Below, one piece after another: positions 40,848 to 54,399 of a DNA stretch of 64,000 nt. The position numbers and the translations under genes were made by a program. This stretch comes from Trichoplax sp. H2 (taxonomy: Eukaryota), in contig NOWV01000115.1 of the NCBI GenBank assembly GCA_003344405.1, positions 124,001-188,000 of the forward strand. Reading direction: 5' to 3'. The notes below the pieces were generated by a model. It was not told where the DNA came from. It ran no database searches and saw nothing but the letters and a program-made list of their open reading frames with translations. Positions within the stretch are counted from its first letter, which is position 1; each line of letters begins with the position of its first letter.

Positions 40848-42478
40848 TTATATACCAACAAATGGTCGAATTTTTAATATGAAAGAAGAAAAGGAGTCTT
40901 TTCACATATTTTCAAGGTGAACCTTGGTGCTATTCAAAAATTTTTAAAATATGCAGTTATTTGGATACTGTTAATGTAATATATCATCTGTTAGCGGGAA
41001 TGACTACGATATTTTAAATATGTATTCTAATTCATCTAAATCGTGATCGGACGTTATGATTCATGTTGAATAAGCTATATTGGCATTATTTTGACGTAAA
41101 ATCACAGCTTTTTAAATATATTGAATTTCAAAAATGGTATAAAAATTTAATTTCTGTGGAGAGAACATATTTTCCACTGGTTCTAATTGACTGTATTGCT
41201 TTAGGTTTGATAATTTCTGTTTACTTCAAATTGCCAAATTGTGGTCTCGCATACATGTAGTCCACAGGCATCTTATTTAAAACAATTGTGTAGAGCAATG
41301 ATAAAATGTAAGTCAATTTATATGCAGAATTATGTCTTCCGTTTCTGTAAGATTAAAATTACTTACTAAAATTAAAAAATGGATGAAACTAGCGAATTAT
41401 TGTCCATCCAAAGTGAGTGTATTACGTTCCCTGCTGCAACATATAGAGCAGTATATCGTCACTACCGGTACTACTGTACTAAAGTGTAACGTAGTGCAAC
41501 AATATTCTCCAAAGTGTTTACAATATTATTGCTGCGTATCAGGTACGATCGACAGATTTTATACCATGGCTAATAAATTGCAATAATTAGTCTATACACT
41601 ATCAAATACTAGTTTAAGAAGCCGTTAGGTTAGTCGATATCTTTATTAAGAAATTGGAATACAACTATCAGAGATACACTGATACATTAGTGATAAGTTA
41701 CTTATGGAAAATAGGGTACAACGGTCACAAGAAAGGCATCAGTAGGCTTTGCAACAGTCTATTAGTGTCGTTGTAGGTTGAATAACAACTCGGCTGTTAC
41801 AAAAAGTAAATTCAGCATCAAGTAAATGATTGCAACTGAAATGGATAATACTTGATTGCAGGTCGGTTACTACAGTACTAAGTTTCATATTATAACAGCC
41901 ATTAAAATCACAACTCACGTACATGAACACATTAATGTGATACAAGCTTGAAAAAGATTCATGTTTGATTCAATCGTGCGAATGATCTGATATTAATGAG
42001 TAATATAATAATATTTAACATCTAGTATTAATATTAAACTTGCACTACCATTAGGTATAAAGTTAGTTCGAATGAAAATATAAAACTATCATACTAAGTT
42101 ATGTTTTCAAGTAATACGTTCCGTTTGCGTAGTCACAATTCATAATTACTATTTTTTTTTAAACTTAATGTAGAATTAAACTTACACTATACGACGCAAG
42201 GATGATTTTAAATAGTATCATTTATATATATATACATATATATTGACGTTATCGTTTTGATACTAGGTAAAAATTGTGTTAGTTACGCAAGTGATAGGAA
42301 TTTCGACAGTTGTTAGGACTTGATACTTGTACAATCAATCATAGGAAACCAGAAAAGAAAAATAATAAACAATTGATGTAACCAATGACCAAGCGGATAG
42401 ATAAAAGATCATGGCTAGTTTTACGGTAATTACTGCAAGTAAAGTAGCTCGCTGTTGTACTTTAAGCGGCGTGGTAAA

Positions 42479-45400
42479 TTAAACAAATTCAGCAACTGAA
42501 TCTGATGCGGATCTCTGATAAATATCTTTATGCACATCTTCAATTTTGTTGACCCAATCTATCGCGTAGCCATTTGGGTCTTCAAGATAATAAGTTCGAT
42601 TTGGCTGTTTGTAATATAAAGGTACGTAATAACGAAATTACTGATAGCTATATAAAAAACTTTTTGAATATAGTCATGACGTCAAATCAAGAAAAATTCA
42701 TAGAACTGATTATAGTAATTTCATACCGTATGAACAAAAAATGTCTTGAAATTTTTGGCTTCTGGGCGCAATTCGCGGGACCTAAGGGAATGATGGGACG
42801 AATTAATATGTTTATTATGTTTATCTCCACATTGATAAATTGTTACTCACAGCAAAGAAAGTTAAAATATTGCTACTTACCAGGGAATTTCACCTTTTAG
42901 CACCATTGCTTGTGGATCGACGTAGTATAAATGCGGCCCTTCTGTTAATAACAACTGACGACGTCTGGCGAATAAACCCTTGAAAAGTGAAAAATTATAA
43001 ATTCATGAAGCTTAAAATCAAATTAGAGGTCGTCCGAAAAGTAATAGAGATGAAGTGCGATAGGTACTAACTTTTCGCTTATCTACCAGGCCCATTTTTA
43101 GAATTAAATTATTTTCTACAAATCTATGCCTGATGGACATATAATATGTAAATATGTAGAAATTAGATAAAGTATTAAGTTGATTTCGTTAATTTTGATA
43201 CGAAAATTTATCGACTGACCATTTGGAATCTTTTTGTTGCTTATCTAGCTTACGCTTACGGTCTTCTTTATTAATATTGGAGAGCAATCCAAATTCCTTA
43301 TTTCTTTCCTTATCACTTAAACCAAATTGAGCTAACATCCTTTCATCGAAATCATCATCATCGTCGCCACCTTCCTGTTGTAGTAGTTAATTACAATTGA
43401 ATGCAATATCGAACGACAACACCAATCCATGCAACTAGAATTGCATTTATAAAATTTGTGCTTACATTAAGTCCACTACGCAGATCTTCTTGGCTTTTAC
43501 TCTTTGCTGGTAAAAAAGGAGCCAGTTTAGGCGGTTCTAAATCCGCTAATTTTTCCCAGGGAATGTCTTTATAATAAAAAAAAGAAATATAAAGTGATAA
43601 ATTTACTTGCAATAATTGTATATGGTAAAATTAAGAACTATACCTTCATAGAAAGTATGAGCTTTCAATTTGCTATATCCGCCCATTTCAGGACAACCCA
43701 AACGTTGCTTAGGATCTTTGACCTAATTGTTTAGAGTTGTCAGTTTAACATTAGTACAATATCAGATTACTTAGTGTAAGATTCTTATAGCGTAGGTAAA
43801 CTAGCACGCTAATTTATATAAATTAAGGGGTAAATAAATACTTTACATACTAATAAACACTCAACCAATTCTTTCGTAGTGGGGTCGAAACCATCTGGGA
43901 AATTATATTCTAAATTGATTATTTTTTGGAAAATTTGATATTCATTCCTGAGATGAAACAGTAAATAGAACCGCTAAGATAACTAAGCATTACAATGATA
44001 CTATGGATAAGAGATTATATGTCCGAAATGATAGGCGTAATGATTCATTAGTGATAAATTACAATCTACGACTAATTCTTTACAAGTAATGTAAAACATG
44101 AGCGTATCAATTATAACTCACGTTGCTCTAAATGGAGGCAATCCAGCAGCAAACTGATAGATAATACATCCAAGAGCCCATAAATCCGAGCTGGTGGAAT
44201 AACAAGGACAAGCACGTCTTAATTCTTTTAATTAGTTTGGAATTGTTTGATGAATCTATTACCTTTTAAATGCACTCTTTGCTGTTAGTAATTCTGGTGA
44301 TACATATTGAGCAGTGCCAACAAATGATTGAGCTCGAGCTAAATCGTAGTAGTAAATAGACAAGTAGGAATAATGTTAATTCGTTGTAAAGAGACACATA
44401 GATACGGTGCTGTATTAACATGATTGTGATTAAAAGTAGACTACTATTCCATCTGAACTCTATTATTAGCAATATTGTTGGCAATATTTTAAGCACTACA
44501 AAAGTATAGCAATAAATCATAGTTTATCTCAAGTTATACCATTATCATCGCCTTCCACAAAAGCAGTTCCGAAATCCGTAATTTGAATGTGCATATTATT
44601 GTCAAGTAGAATATTTTCAGGCTTTAAATCTCTACAATTCAAAAACGCTATTAACTACAAGTACAGCAACGCAGCTAGAAGCCTATCATGTCTCAAAAAG
44701 CTCAAGGAAGCAGATACGATAGTATTACCTGTGAATGATACCTTGGTCGTGTAAATATTCCAAAGCTGAGGTGATTTCCGCTGCATAAAATCGAGTCGCA
44801 TATTCATCAAAGCTCCCTAACTATATTTTGAAATAGATATGAGTACAAATCATTCAAATTACTCTTTTTAGCTGCTCAATAACGATGCATATTCATTCTA
44901 AACATAGGATACTTTATATTACCTTATTGATGTAGTTTAACAGCTCACCATTCTTAGCAAAACTTAACACAAAGTCTAATGTAGTGGTTGTTGTTAAGGT
45001 AAAATAATATCATCATAAATGGTCCTGCAATCGTTTATGACCTAAAGGATGTCAATTTTATTTGGTTGCATAGCATGAAAAGTAGTTCAAATGTAAGAAT
45101 TAAGTATTTTAGGATACAAAGTCTTTCTTTATCTTGAAATGTAAAATATAACCGGACAAAGAATGGATGGTTGAGTCGACTGAAGACTTCTTTTTCTCGA
45201 GAAACATATTTCACCTTGTGTTCTTTAATAATGAGGCGTTTTTCCAGAATTTTGACTGAATTATCAAAATTTTAAGCATTAAGATTAGTTAACTATAGAA
45301 GTACTATAGGTTAATGTAAATGAGTCTACAAGTTAATAACAACTCGTAACTTAGGAAAGTATTACTCTAGTCAATATGTGACTACTGTTTGACCCTTCAA

Positions 45401-48400
45401 TACTATATGTAGAGTCGTTTTCTTCATTCTGATTATTGTTGAGGATAACTTACCTGCGTATTCTTTATGTGACTTTTTATCACGTGCTAATACAACCTAT
45501 GGTAAAAATAGAAAAAAATTGGGGTTAAAACTTTGACGTCGCAGGGAATATTATTTTAGGTCTATGGAAATATATGGTTTGCCATCTATACAGTAGTTGC
45601 ACTGTTGCCAAACAGTATGCCCATTAATGTCGTAATATGTAGCATTCAATGCTAAATAATTGTCCAAGTAGATATCATTTTTGACTTATGCGAGCAATTA
45701 TTGATCTACTTTATGCGATAATTCAAACAGGCGGTACTGTAGTGCAGTATTAAAGTAGAATTCTTGGCATTTTTCTTAACACAGATAAAAGTTATGAAAT
45801 GGAGTGATTTGGTAGGTAAGTAGCTAATAACTTTTTGACGTAAAGTTTTTCCAATCCATACAAACAACTTAACAATCTAGATCATTTTAGACCATAAATA
45901 TGAGATTATCAATGGCGATATTACAAGTTACTGGTGTGGCTTTCATAGCTGAAATTTTATTGGCATCTCATTGCGATTCATAATCTTGCCAATTCTAGAG
46001 GATCTACTATAGGTTTAGTTAGTTTTATCCGATCAACACAAACGATTGAAAAATCCTAATCATCCTAGAACACTGTAGACCATGACTACTCGATTGTCAT
46101 TTCAATGATGAAAGACAACAGCTTTAGACTGTCATTCAATATCATGATGTTATTTGAAGTCGTTCATTTCGCCTTTGAACTCATATAATTCGCTTCTACA
46201 ATATTTATGATTGATGATCATCAACAATTTATGCCTTAACTCATCCATGATGAAAGCCAACAGCTTTAGACTGTCATGCAATACTACGATGTTATTTGAA
46301 GTCGTTCATTTCATCGTTGTAACTCATATTATTTGCTTTTACAGTATTTATGATTGATAATCATCAATAATTGATGGCATAACTCCTCTATTTCTACAGT
46401 CATGGGTTCCTTTACTATGATCACCCACAATTCAAAATCAAGTTCGAATGCAAATAATTCTATAACATTGGAGATTATAATTATTAAAGTACTAATGGTC
46501 ATTTTAGTGATTATAATGGTATAGCATAAGAGTATTATTCAATAGTATCATGCTCAATCAAGCATCTTTTCATAATCTTCTATCATTTTATTTATTATTT
46601 CTAATCCTATTCTATAGTCTACTGCAGTTTAATGACGGCACCAATGACTCATGAAACACACATGATATAGTTATTTATCAATTGCTCCTACCGTAGAATA
46701 AGAGCCTTCGCCAATTAATTTACCAAATTCGAAATCTTCCGCCTTTTTCTTTCCAGGAATTGGCTTATTTCCCGATTGGCCTCGGCCATTTTCGACAGTT
46801 TCTTTCGCTTTCTATAATATTATTGATGATTTAATTTTATTATTTAGTCCATTATACAACAACGTCCATTCCATGATTGGCGTTGTAAAATATGATTATT
46901 ATCCTTGATTAGCAATGTAGCATTCATATCTGACAATATTATGTGTATCCTTAGGGAGCAATTGATTGTATTAATGAACAAGTTTGCAAGCAAAAGTCAA
47001 TATCTAAAGTAGCATGTTCCAGTTTATAAATTGCAAGGGTAGACAACAAGGGAATGGTAGTTGTCTGCAATAACCATTCGTATCATTTTAGAGAGTAATT
47101 GACAGTATTAATGAACAAGTTTGCAAGCAAAAGTCAATATCTAAAGTAGGCAATTCCAGTTTATAAATTGCAAGGGTAGACAACAAGGGAATAGTAGTTG
47201 TCTTCAATATGAAATGAAATAATAACCATTAGTATCATTTTAGGGAGTAATGGACGGTATTAATGAGCGAGTTTGCAACTAAAAGTCAATATGGATGTTG
47301 GTCATGATAGATTTAGATCAATGGATTGCAGCCCAAGTCAAGGTTTTATCCATTCTCTTCCTCTATTCTAGACGGCCATCGTCATGATTGCAATTCAAAA
47401 TTCAATAATGGCTAAGCCCAAATCAACTCGGATTGTCCTATTTTCATTCTCATTGCACTTTTCATTAAGGAAGTTTATCATCCTGCAATGCATGAATAGC
47501 ACACCAAGTCAAGATCGACGATGTGAATTTTATCCATTCCCTTCCTCTGTTCTAGTCGGCCATCGTCATGATTGCAATTAAAAATTTAATAATGGCCAAC
47601 CCCAAAATCCACTGGGATTGTCCTATTCTCATTCTCATTGCACTTTTTTTATCCAGGATGTTGGTCATGATAGAATCAATGGATAGCAGCCCAAGTCCAG
47701 GTTTTATCCATTCTCTTCCTCTATTCTAGACAGTCATCGTCATGATTGCAATTCAAAATTCAATAATGACCAACCCCCAAATCAACTGGGATTGTCCAAT
47801 TCTCATTCTGACTGCACTTTTCATCAAGGAAGTTTATCATCCTGCAATGCATGAATAGCACACCAAGTCAAGATCGACGATGTGAACTATATCCATTCTC
47901 TACCTCTATTCTAGACGGCTATCGTTATGATTGCAATTCAAAATTCAAAAATGGCCAACCCCAAAATCCACTGGGCAATATTGTCCTATTCTAATTCTCA
48001 TTGCACTTTTCATCAAGGAAGTTTATCATCCTACAATGCATGGATAGCACACCAAGTCAAGATCGACGATATGAATTTTATCCATTCCCTTCCTCTGTTC
48101 TAGTCGGCCATCGTCATGATTTCAATTACAAATTCAATAATGGCCAACCCCAAAATCCACTGGGATTGTCCTATTCTCATAGCACTTTTACTATCCAGGA
48201 TGTTGGTCATGATAGATTTACATCAATGGATAGCAGCCCAAGTCCAGGTTTTATCCATTCTCTTCCTCTATTCTAGACAGCCATCGTCATGATTGCAATT
48301 AAAAATTTAATAATGGCCAACCCCAAAATCCACTGGGATTGTCCTATTCTCATTCTCATTGCACTTTTTTTTATCCAGGATGTTGCTCATGAAAGAATCA

Positions 48401-51400
48401 ATGGATAGCAGCCTAAGTCAAGGTGGACGATACGAATTTTATCCATTCTCTTCCTCTATTCTAGACAGCCATCGTCATGATTGCAATTAAAAATTCAATA
48501 ATAGCCAACCCCCCTAATCAACTGGGTTTGTCCTATTCTCATTCTGATTGCACTTTTCATCAAGGATGTTGGTCATGATGAAATCTTTGGATAGCAGGAT
48601 AATTTAAAAATTTCATAGCCAACTCAGAGATCAACTTGGATTCATCTCTTATTCTTGGAGGTTGTTGATCATGATGAAATCAAAGGATAGCAGCCCAAGT
48701 CAAGGTGGATGATGTCAATTGAATTCCTTCTCTTCCTCTACTCTAGACAGCCATGGTCATGATTGCAATTAAAAATTCAATAATGGCCAATGCAAAGATC
48801 AACTCTGATTGTCCTATTCTCAACACACGATTTCAATAGATTCAAATTTATATCCATTAGAATAGGGAAATGGGACTTTTCATCCAGGATAGTGGTCAAG
48901 ATGGAAGCAAAGGAGAGCAGCAGCCCAAATCAATCATTATGAGATCCATGTCAATTTTATTGCCATTCTCGTCGCTCTCTTTGACTGTAATCGCCATCCT
49001 TGCATTTCTAAATTGAAATGGCCAAGCTAGAGATCGACTGAGATTGTCCTATTCTCAACATGATTGATTCAATGCATTCCCATTGCCAAAGTTACAAGAG
49101 GGAAAGGACACTTTCAGCAAGGATGTTGGTCGTCCCTTTCTCTTCTTCCATCTTAGACTACCGTAGTCATGATTGCAGATCCAAATGTACTGGCTAACAT
49201 GGAGATCATTAGTCTGATTACAAGGTTGTCAACTCCAGTTTAAAGGGATGAGCATGACCTAAGATAGAGTAGTAAAATGGACATCGCCAACGATGTCCAT
49301 CATGATCAAATACATCCAGGGTAGGGATCTAGCCGATCTGATCGACTTCTTCCAACCAGGAGGAAAAGGTCGCCAAGTCAAAATTGACTTTGTATTTCCA
49401 TTCTCTCCATTCGACATGGTGGTCATGTTGAATTTAGAATAAAAAAATCAATCAGCCCTGTTGTCTACTGTCGCTAGTCTGACTGCCATCTTGTCTATTT
49501 CCATTTTCACTAAAATCGATTGCCATCAAACTGCAGAGTAGGCTAGTTGCCCTTGCCATCGATTGATGGATGGCAGCCAATGCGTGCTCAAAGTCAATTT
49601 TATCCTCCATTGACATGATTCATTGACCATGACTAGAATCAAGTCGAATGGGCCATTGATTATTTATTTTGGTAGTCATTTGGATTGCAATCCAATGACA
49701 TCGAGTAATCAAGCATCGTAAGGATGATTCAATCAATGCCTGAACGAATACATGATTCTGTTCATGTCCAAGTAAAAGTAGAATTGATTCATGATCGCTT
49801 ACTACCATGGGGGAAAAAAAAATAAAAAGACTGATTGGAATCTTGAGGAGCAATCCGTTTCCAAAAAAACAAAAAAGACTGATTGGAATCTTGAGTAATC
49901 CGTTTCAAAACAACCAAAAAAACTGATTGGAATCTTGAGCAATCCGTTTCCCCAAAAATAAAAAAGACTGATTGGAATCTTGAGCAATCCGTTTCCCCAA
50001 AAAATAAAAAGACTGATTGGAATCTTGAGCAATCCGTTTCCCAAAAAAATAAAAAGACTGATTAGAATCTTGAGCAATCCGTTTCCCCCAAAAATAAAAA
50101 GACTGATTGGAATCTTGAGCAATCCGTTTCAAAATGGATTGCAAAAATGAATGGAAAAAAAACATTCTTGACAAAGGTGCATTTCTCCTTCTCATGGCAT
50201 CTAGCCGAAGCCAACAACAACATCTCTTCTCATTACTATCGGCAGTCATGATTTATGTTGATAGACGGTCCTACCAAGAAGAAGAGATTGTAATGTTGTT
50301 GACTGCGTTGAGATGCTGTTAAGGAGGGGGGAAAAAAAACAGAGTCTTCCTTTCATATTTAAAGCAACCAATAATCCAAAATGAAATAAAAAACTAGTTT
50401 ACTGTGCACATTTCTCTTCATCGTCGGCATCATGATGGCAGTCATGATCCTACGTCAAGAATGAAGAATCATGGTAAAACTTGTCAAGACACGTTGATTT
50501 AAAATGACTAATAGCTGATGATGATGATTGCCCAATAACGATGATGAAGAAAGGTGGGCTACATCCACTCTCTTCATCGTCGACATCATGATATCAGTCA
50601 TGATCCTACAGCATGCCATCAAGAATCAAGAATGATGGCAAAACTTATCAACACAAGTTGATTTGAAACGACCAATAGCTGATGATGATGGCTCAATAAC
50701 GATGATGAAGAACGGTAGGCTGCTTCCACTCTCTTCATCGTCGACATCATGATATCAGCCATTCTTGGCTGCCATAGTTATGATACTCCATTAAACATGC
50801 TCAAGGTAAAGCATCTCAACAAAATCGATTGCATGACATGGTATTCGTTTCCCATAGCTTAATGATGATGGTCAAGAACGACGAGGAAGAACAGCAGTAG
50901 ATACCATCCACTCTCTTCATCGTCGACTCTAATGGTGAAGATCTTACATCTAGAAGTACATAATCACTACCAACGTCTTGAACTTAGCCATCGCTCAATG
51001 ATGACATGATGGTCAAGAACGACGAGGAAGAAAAGCAGTAGATACCATCTACTCTCTTCATCGTCGACTCCAACGGTGAAGATCCTGCATCTAGACAAGC
51101 ACAATCACTGCCAACGTCTTGAACTTAGCCATCGCTCAAGGATAACATGATATGATGGTCAAGAACGATGAGGAAGAAAAGTAGCACTCTCTTCCTCATC
51201 GACTCTAATGGTGAAGATTCTACACTACAGCTAGACGAACCATCACTGTCAACGTCTAATAAAGAAATCGATTTGAAAGACGAGAGGACTGGATGATATT
51301 GCATCGGCTACAAATGTCAAGAATGGCGAGAAGAAAAAGATGAACTACTTCTACTCTCTCGGTCGTCGATGTCATGATGGTAAGAGCCATCGTAAACAGC

Positions 51401-53627
51401 AATAGCAAGGACTTTTGAAGCCATTTTTTCACCTCTTTATTCAAAGAGAGCAAAATCGCAAACTGGTCTAGGCATTAAAATACAAGAAATTGTCGTAGGG
51501 AGGGGAAAAAAACTGTTTAATAGTCCTTAGCAGGAATGATGATCCTATCGTACTATCCAAATGAATAGTTGTTGTAAAACTTTTCAACACATCAAATAGG
51601 ACTGCATGAACATTGGTGACCAATCGCTTAGTGGTCCTTGCCAATGACGATGAGGAAGAAAAGTCGGGGGCTACTTCCACTCTCTTCATCGTCCTCCTTT
51701 GCCAGAGAGGAATAGCAAAGAAACAAGTCAGGATAAAACAGTCAATCGGTCTCAATGGTAGGGATTATTAAAATCATGCAGTTGCATTAATCATGATTCA
51801 TGATTGATTGTTAATCATCGTCAGCGATGAAAAATGATCCCTCTTTTTTGTAGTGGCCATCATGAATCCAATCTACATCGTAGTGTACAGTCTGTTTATA
51901 AAACTTGCATCGTTTCTATCATCAACAAGATTTTTGCATTGGCTAAAAGGATAAGCGTTGGAAGAAAATGCTCTTGTTGATGACTACGCTCTCATTCCTT
52001 GTCGACATCATCATTGCCATCAACACCTAGATCGATTGCTTACTTGCAAGCAACGATGGATGCCACTCTGTCAAGTCTCTTTTCAATGCATTGCAAGAAG
52101 AAGAGTTGTAAAAATCAAGTGGTGCTCGCCATCCAAGATACTTACCACGATAATTAGCATGGATTGCAGTAAGAGAAAGATGAACATCCAGTCAATCTTC
52201 TCCTGCCAAAGCCATCTTCGACTCCAATCGATGCTGCTGCCAGACATGGATCATTTTTATCCATGACTTTGATTGCTCGTCCGACATGAACAGGCCATGC
52301 ACCCTTTTCATTGGAATCTCATCTCCACCTTACTGATGCCCAACTTCCAAGATAGCTGTAAAGCCATCGATCAAGATGATTGCATAAGGCAATTTGACGA
52401 CGCCATGGATGACTACTTTCATCCATATTGTATAAAGTTGTCCAGGCCGGAACTACAAGCCAATGTACACAAATTGAGGCAAACATGATCAAACAATATC
52501 GCAGTATGTTTTCAAGCTTGTTTGACATGATATCGATAGAATCATCGTCCATACCAACCAGGAAAATCCATTGCGATATCCAATGACTATTGCATAAAAA
52601 TAAGGAAATGGCTTGATTTTCAACGGCCATGATGGCTGGCTAAGAAGGATGCGATTCCTTTCTTCGACGTACTGTCAGTGTTGGCCACCATTGGGCTTGA
52701 CGAAGACGAAAACAGTGTTTCTCTGTCATCGTCTTTCGTCCATCCAAGGAAAGCTATCATCAAGAAGCGATCGAGAACAACCCGTAAAACACCACTATAA
52801 TCCCCTCTTCCTTCTCTATGTGGATGGCAATCGTCCTTGCATCAAATTGCACGACTTAATGGAAAACATGATCAAAACTAATAACAACTATTCTCCCATC
52901 AGATTGTCTAGGCCAGCCTCGTCTACCTCAACAAGAAGAGCGTGAGTAGAAATTGAATGACTAGAAAAACAAACGATGGTTCTCTCGCTTTCTCTTCTAC
53001 CCTAAGCCTCATTGGGCTACCATCAAGCCCTCTAATCTTACTACAACATCATGCATGATTTTCAACGGCCATGATGGCTGGCTAAGAAGGATGCGATTCC
53101 TTTCTTCGACGTACTGTCAGTGGTGTTGGCCACCATCAAGCGATCGAGAACAACCCGTAAAACACCACTATAATCTCCTCTTCCCTCTCTATGTGGATGG
53201 CAATCGTCCTTGCATCAAATTGCACGACTTAATGGAAAACATGATCAAAACTAATAACAACTATTCTCCCATCAGATTGTCTAGGCCAGCCTCGTCTACC
53301 TCAACAAGAAGAGCGTGAGTAGAAATTGAATGACTAGAAAAACAAACGATGGTTCTCTCTCGCTTTCTCCACTACCCTAAGCCTCATTGGGCTACCATCA
53401 AGCCCTCTAACCTTACTACAACATCATGCATGAGGGTAACCGATGGCATCTATCCAATCTTCCTCCATCATTGCATCAAAGCTATTTTTTTTTTCCACGC
53501 CGTCGAGGTAGGCGTAGCATGGGCTGCTGACAAGAAAAGCCATCTTGCTTCTTTGTCAACATGGCCTTGATCAACCCTGTCATTTTGTCATGTTATTCAA
53601 CATCGGTCTTACCTCCTGTGACGCCAT
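42479..53627 (-). CDS. PDPK1: 3-phosphoinositide-dependent protein kinase 1 (PDK1), kinase + PH domain, multi-exon
   Basis: Exons encode '[16 protein letters not shown]', '[29 protein letters not shown]', '[14 protein letters not shown]', '[17 protein letters not shown]' and the PH domain '[55 protein letters not shown]'. Stop at 42479. The first coding exon (53613-53627, MASQE) is inferred from Kozak context plus a phase-0 donor and is less certain than the rest. Confidence 0.95.
44976..45117 (-). other. Probable U12-type (minor spliceosome) GT-AG intron of PDPK1
   Basis: 5' splice site GTATCCT (45117-45111); branch sequence ACCTTAAC (45000-44993) ~17 nt before the AG; no polypyrimidine tract. 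Confidence 0.75.
46100..46390. repeat. Two-copy ~142-bp tandem duplication in a PDPK1 intron
   Basis: 'atgatgaaag.caacagctttagactgtcat...gatgttatttgaagtcgttcatttc' at ~46105 and ~46247. Confidence 0.85.
46955..47291. repeat. ~140-150-bp tandem repeat, ~2.3 copies
   Basis: 'tattaatgaacaagtttgcaagcaaaagtcaatat' at ~46969 and ~47106, with a degenerate copy at ~47258. Confidence 0.85.
47292..49200. repeat. ~175-190-bp tandem repeat, ~10 copies, two unit variants
   Basis: 'gccatcgtcatgattgcaatt' recurs at ~47374, 47559, 47733, 47917, 48107, 48280, 48468 and 48750, decaying toward 49200. Confidence 0.92.
49815..50135. repeat. 45-bp minisatellite, ~7 copies
   Basis: 'aaaaataaaaagactgattggaatcttgagcaatccgtttccc'; the core recurs at ~49829, 49877, 49922, 49966, 50011, 50056 and 50101. 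Confidence 0.96.
50410..51700. repeat. ~140-180-bp degenerate tandem repeat, each unit with an inverted-repeat hairpin
   Basis: 'acga(t/c)ga(t/g)gaagaa...ctctcttcatcgtcgac' at ~50537, 50698, 50877, 51018, 51163 and 51645. Confidence 0.85.
52614..53432. repeat. Recent tandem duplication (442-bp copy + ~375-bp copy with an internal deletion)
   Basis: 'tgattttcaacggccatgatggctggctaagaaggatgcg' at 52614 and 53056; copies are near-identical through 'acaacatcatgcatga'. Confidence 0.95.
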
Positions 53628-54399
53628 GGCCGCCCAATCTTGAATCAAGCTCAATAACCAGGTGATACGATCAACAACTTGGATTTCTACTTCTCTACAA
53701 GGCAATAAAGTGGAAAGGAAAGCAACTAATTTCTTCTTCTTGCTCGTCTTGTGGCCAACCGCATCCGAAAGGGGCAAGACCACCACAGGGTGTTCCAGTC
53801 ATCCACTGGATGTTGGCCTCGATGGCGTCGGCTCTATACACAAGCCAGTAGCGTTTCCTCTGATTTGGTGATCAAGGGTATCGGTCACCTAGGGGCATGA
53901 TGGCAGTAGAGGGTATCACTCATGTCATAGCAAACGATAGAAATCCTTCAAAAAGTCATGGATGATCGTGGTATGCCAACCAAGTCGACCACTTTCCTGG
54001 GCTAGGCCGGTCGTCCGGCTGGCTGTAGACTGCCAGTCAGGGCAGGCGTTCGTAATAACTTGCCTGGTTTTCCTATGCTGAGCAAAAATAATGTCACTAT
54101 TAGACAGCCATTTCATAAGGCGTTATATACAGGAAACGAATGCTATGCGTGACATCAGTTTTGTAAAATGCAGACTCCAATCCAGTTGAAAGACAGCACT
54201 CTCTGAGAGGACTTCATTTGAGCAATCCTTAGTGCAAATGGTGAACAAGATTGCCAAGAAAGGCAATTTAAATACACAACTATTCTATCCTATTGGTCTT
54301 ATTTATTTCCATGTTGGTACCAGTCTGGGCCAGGTGTATTTCACTGTATAATAGAGTGCCGATTGGATCATTTTTCCTGCATTGGATAACCACAACGGT

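Noticed and set aside
49802..50249. ORFs with repeated 15-aa peptides; superficially CRISPR-like periodic repeat
   Set aside because: The 45-bp minisatellite (multiple of 3) has no unique spacers or cas genes, and the context is a eukaryotic intron.
52613..53318. Two near-identical ORFs '[15 protein letters not shown]...'
   Set aside because: They arise from a tandem duplication antisense within PDPK1 intron 1; no recognisable domain.
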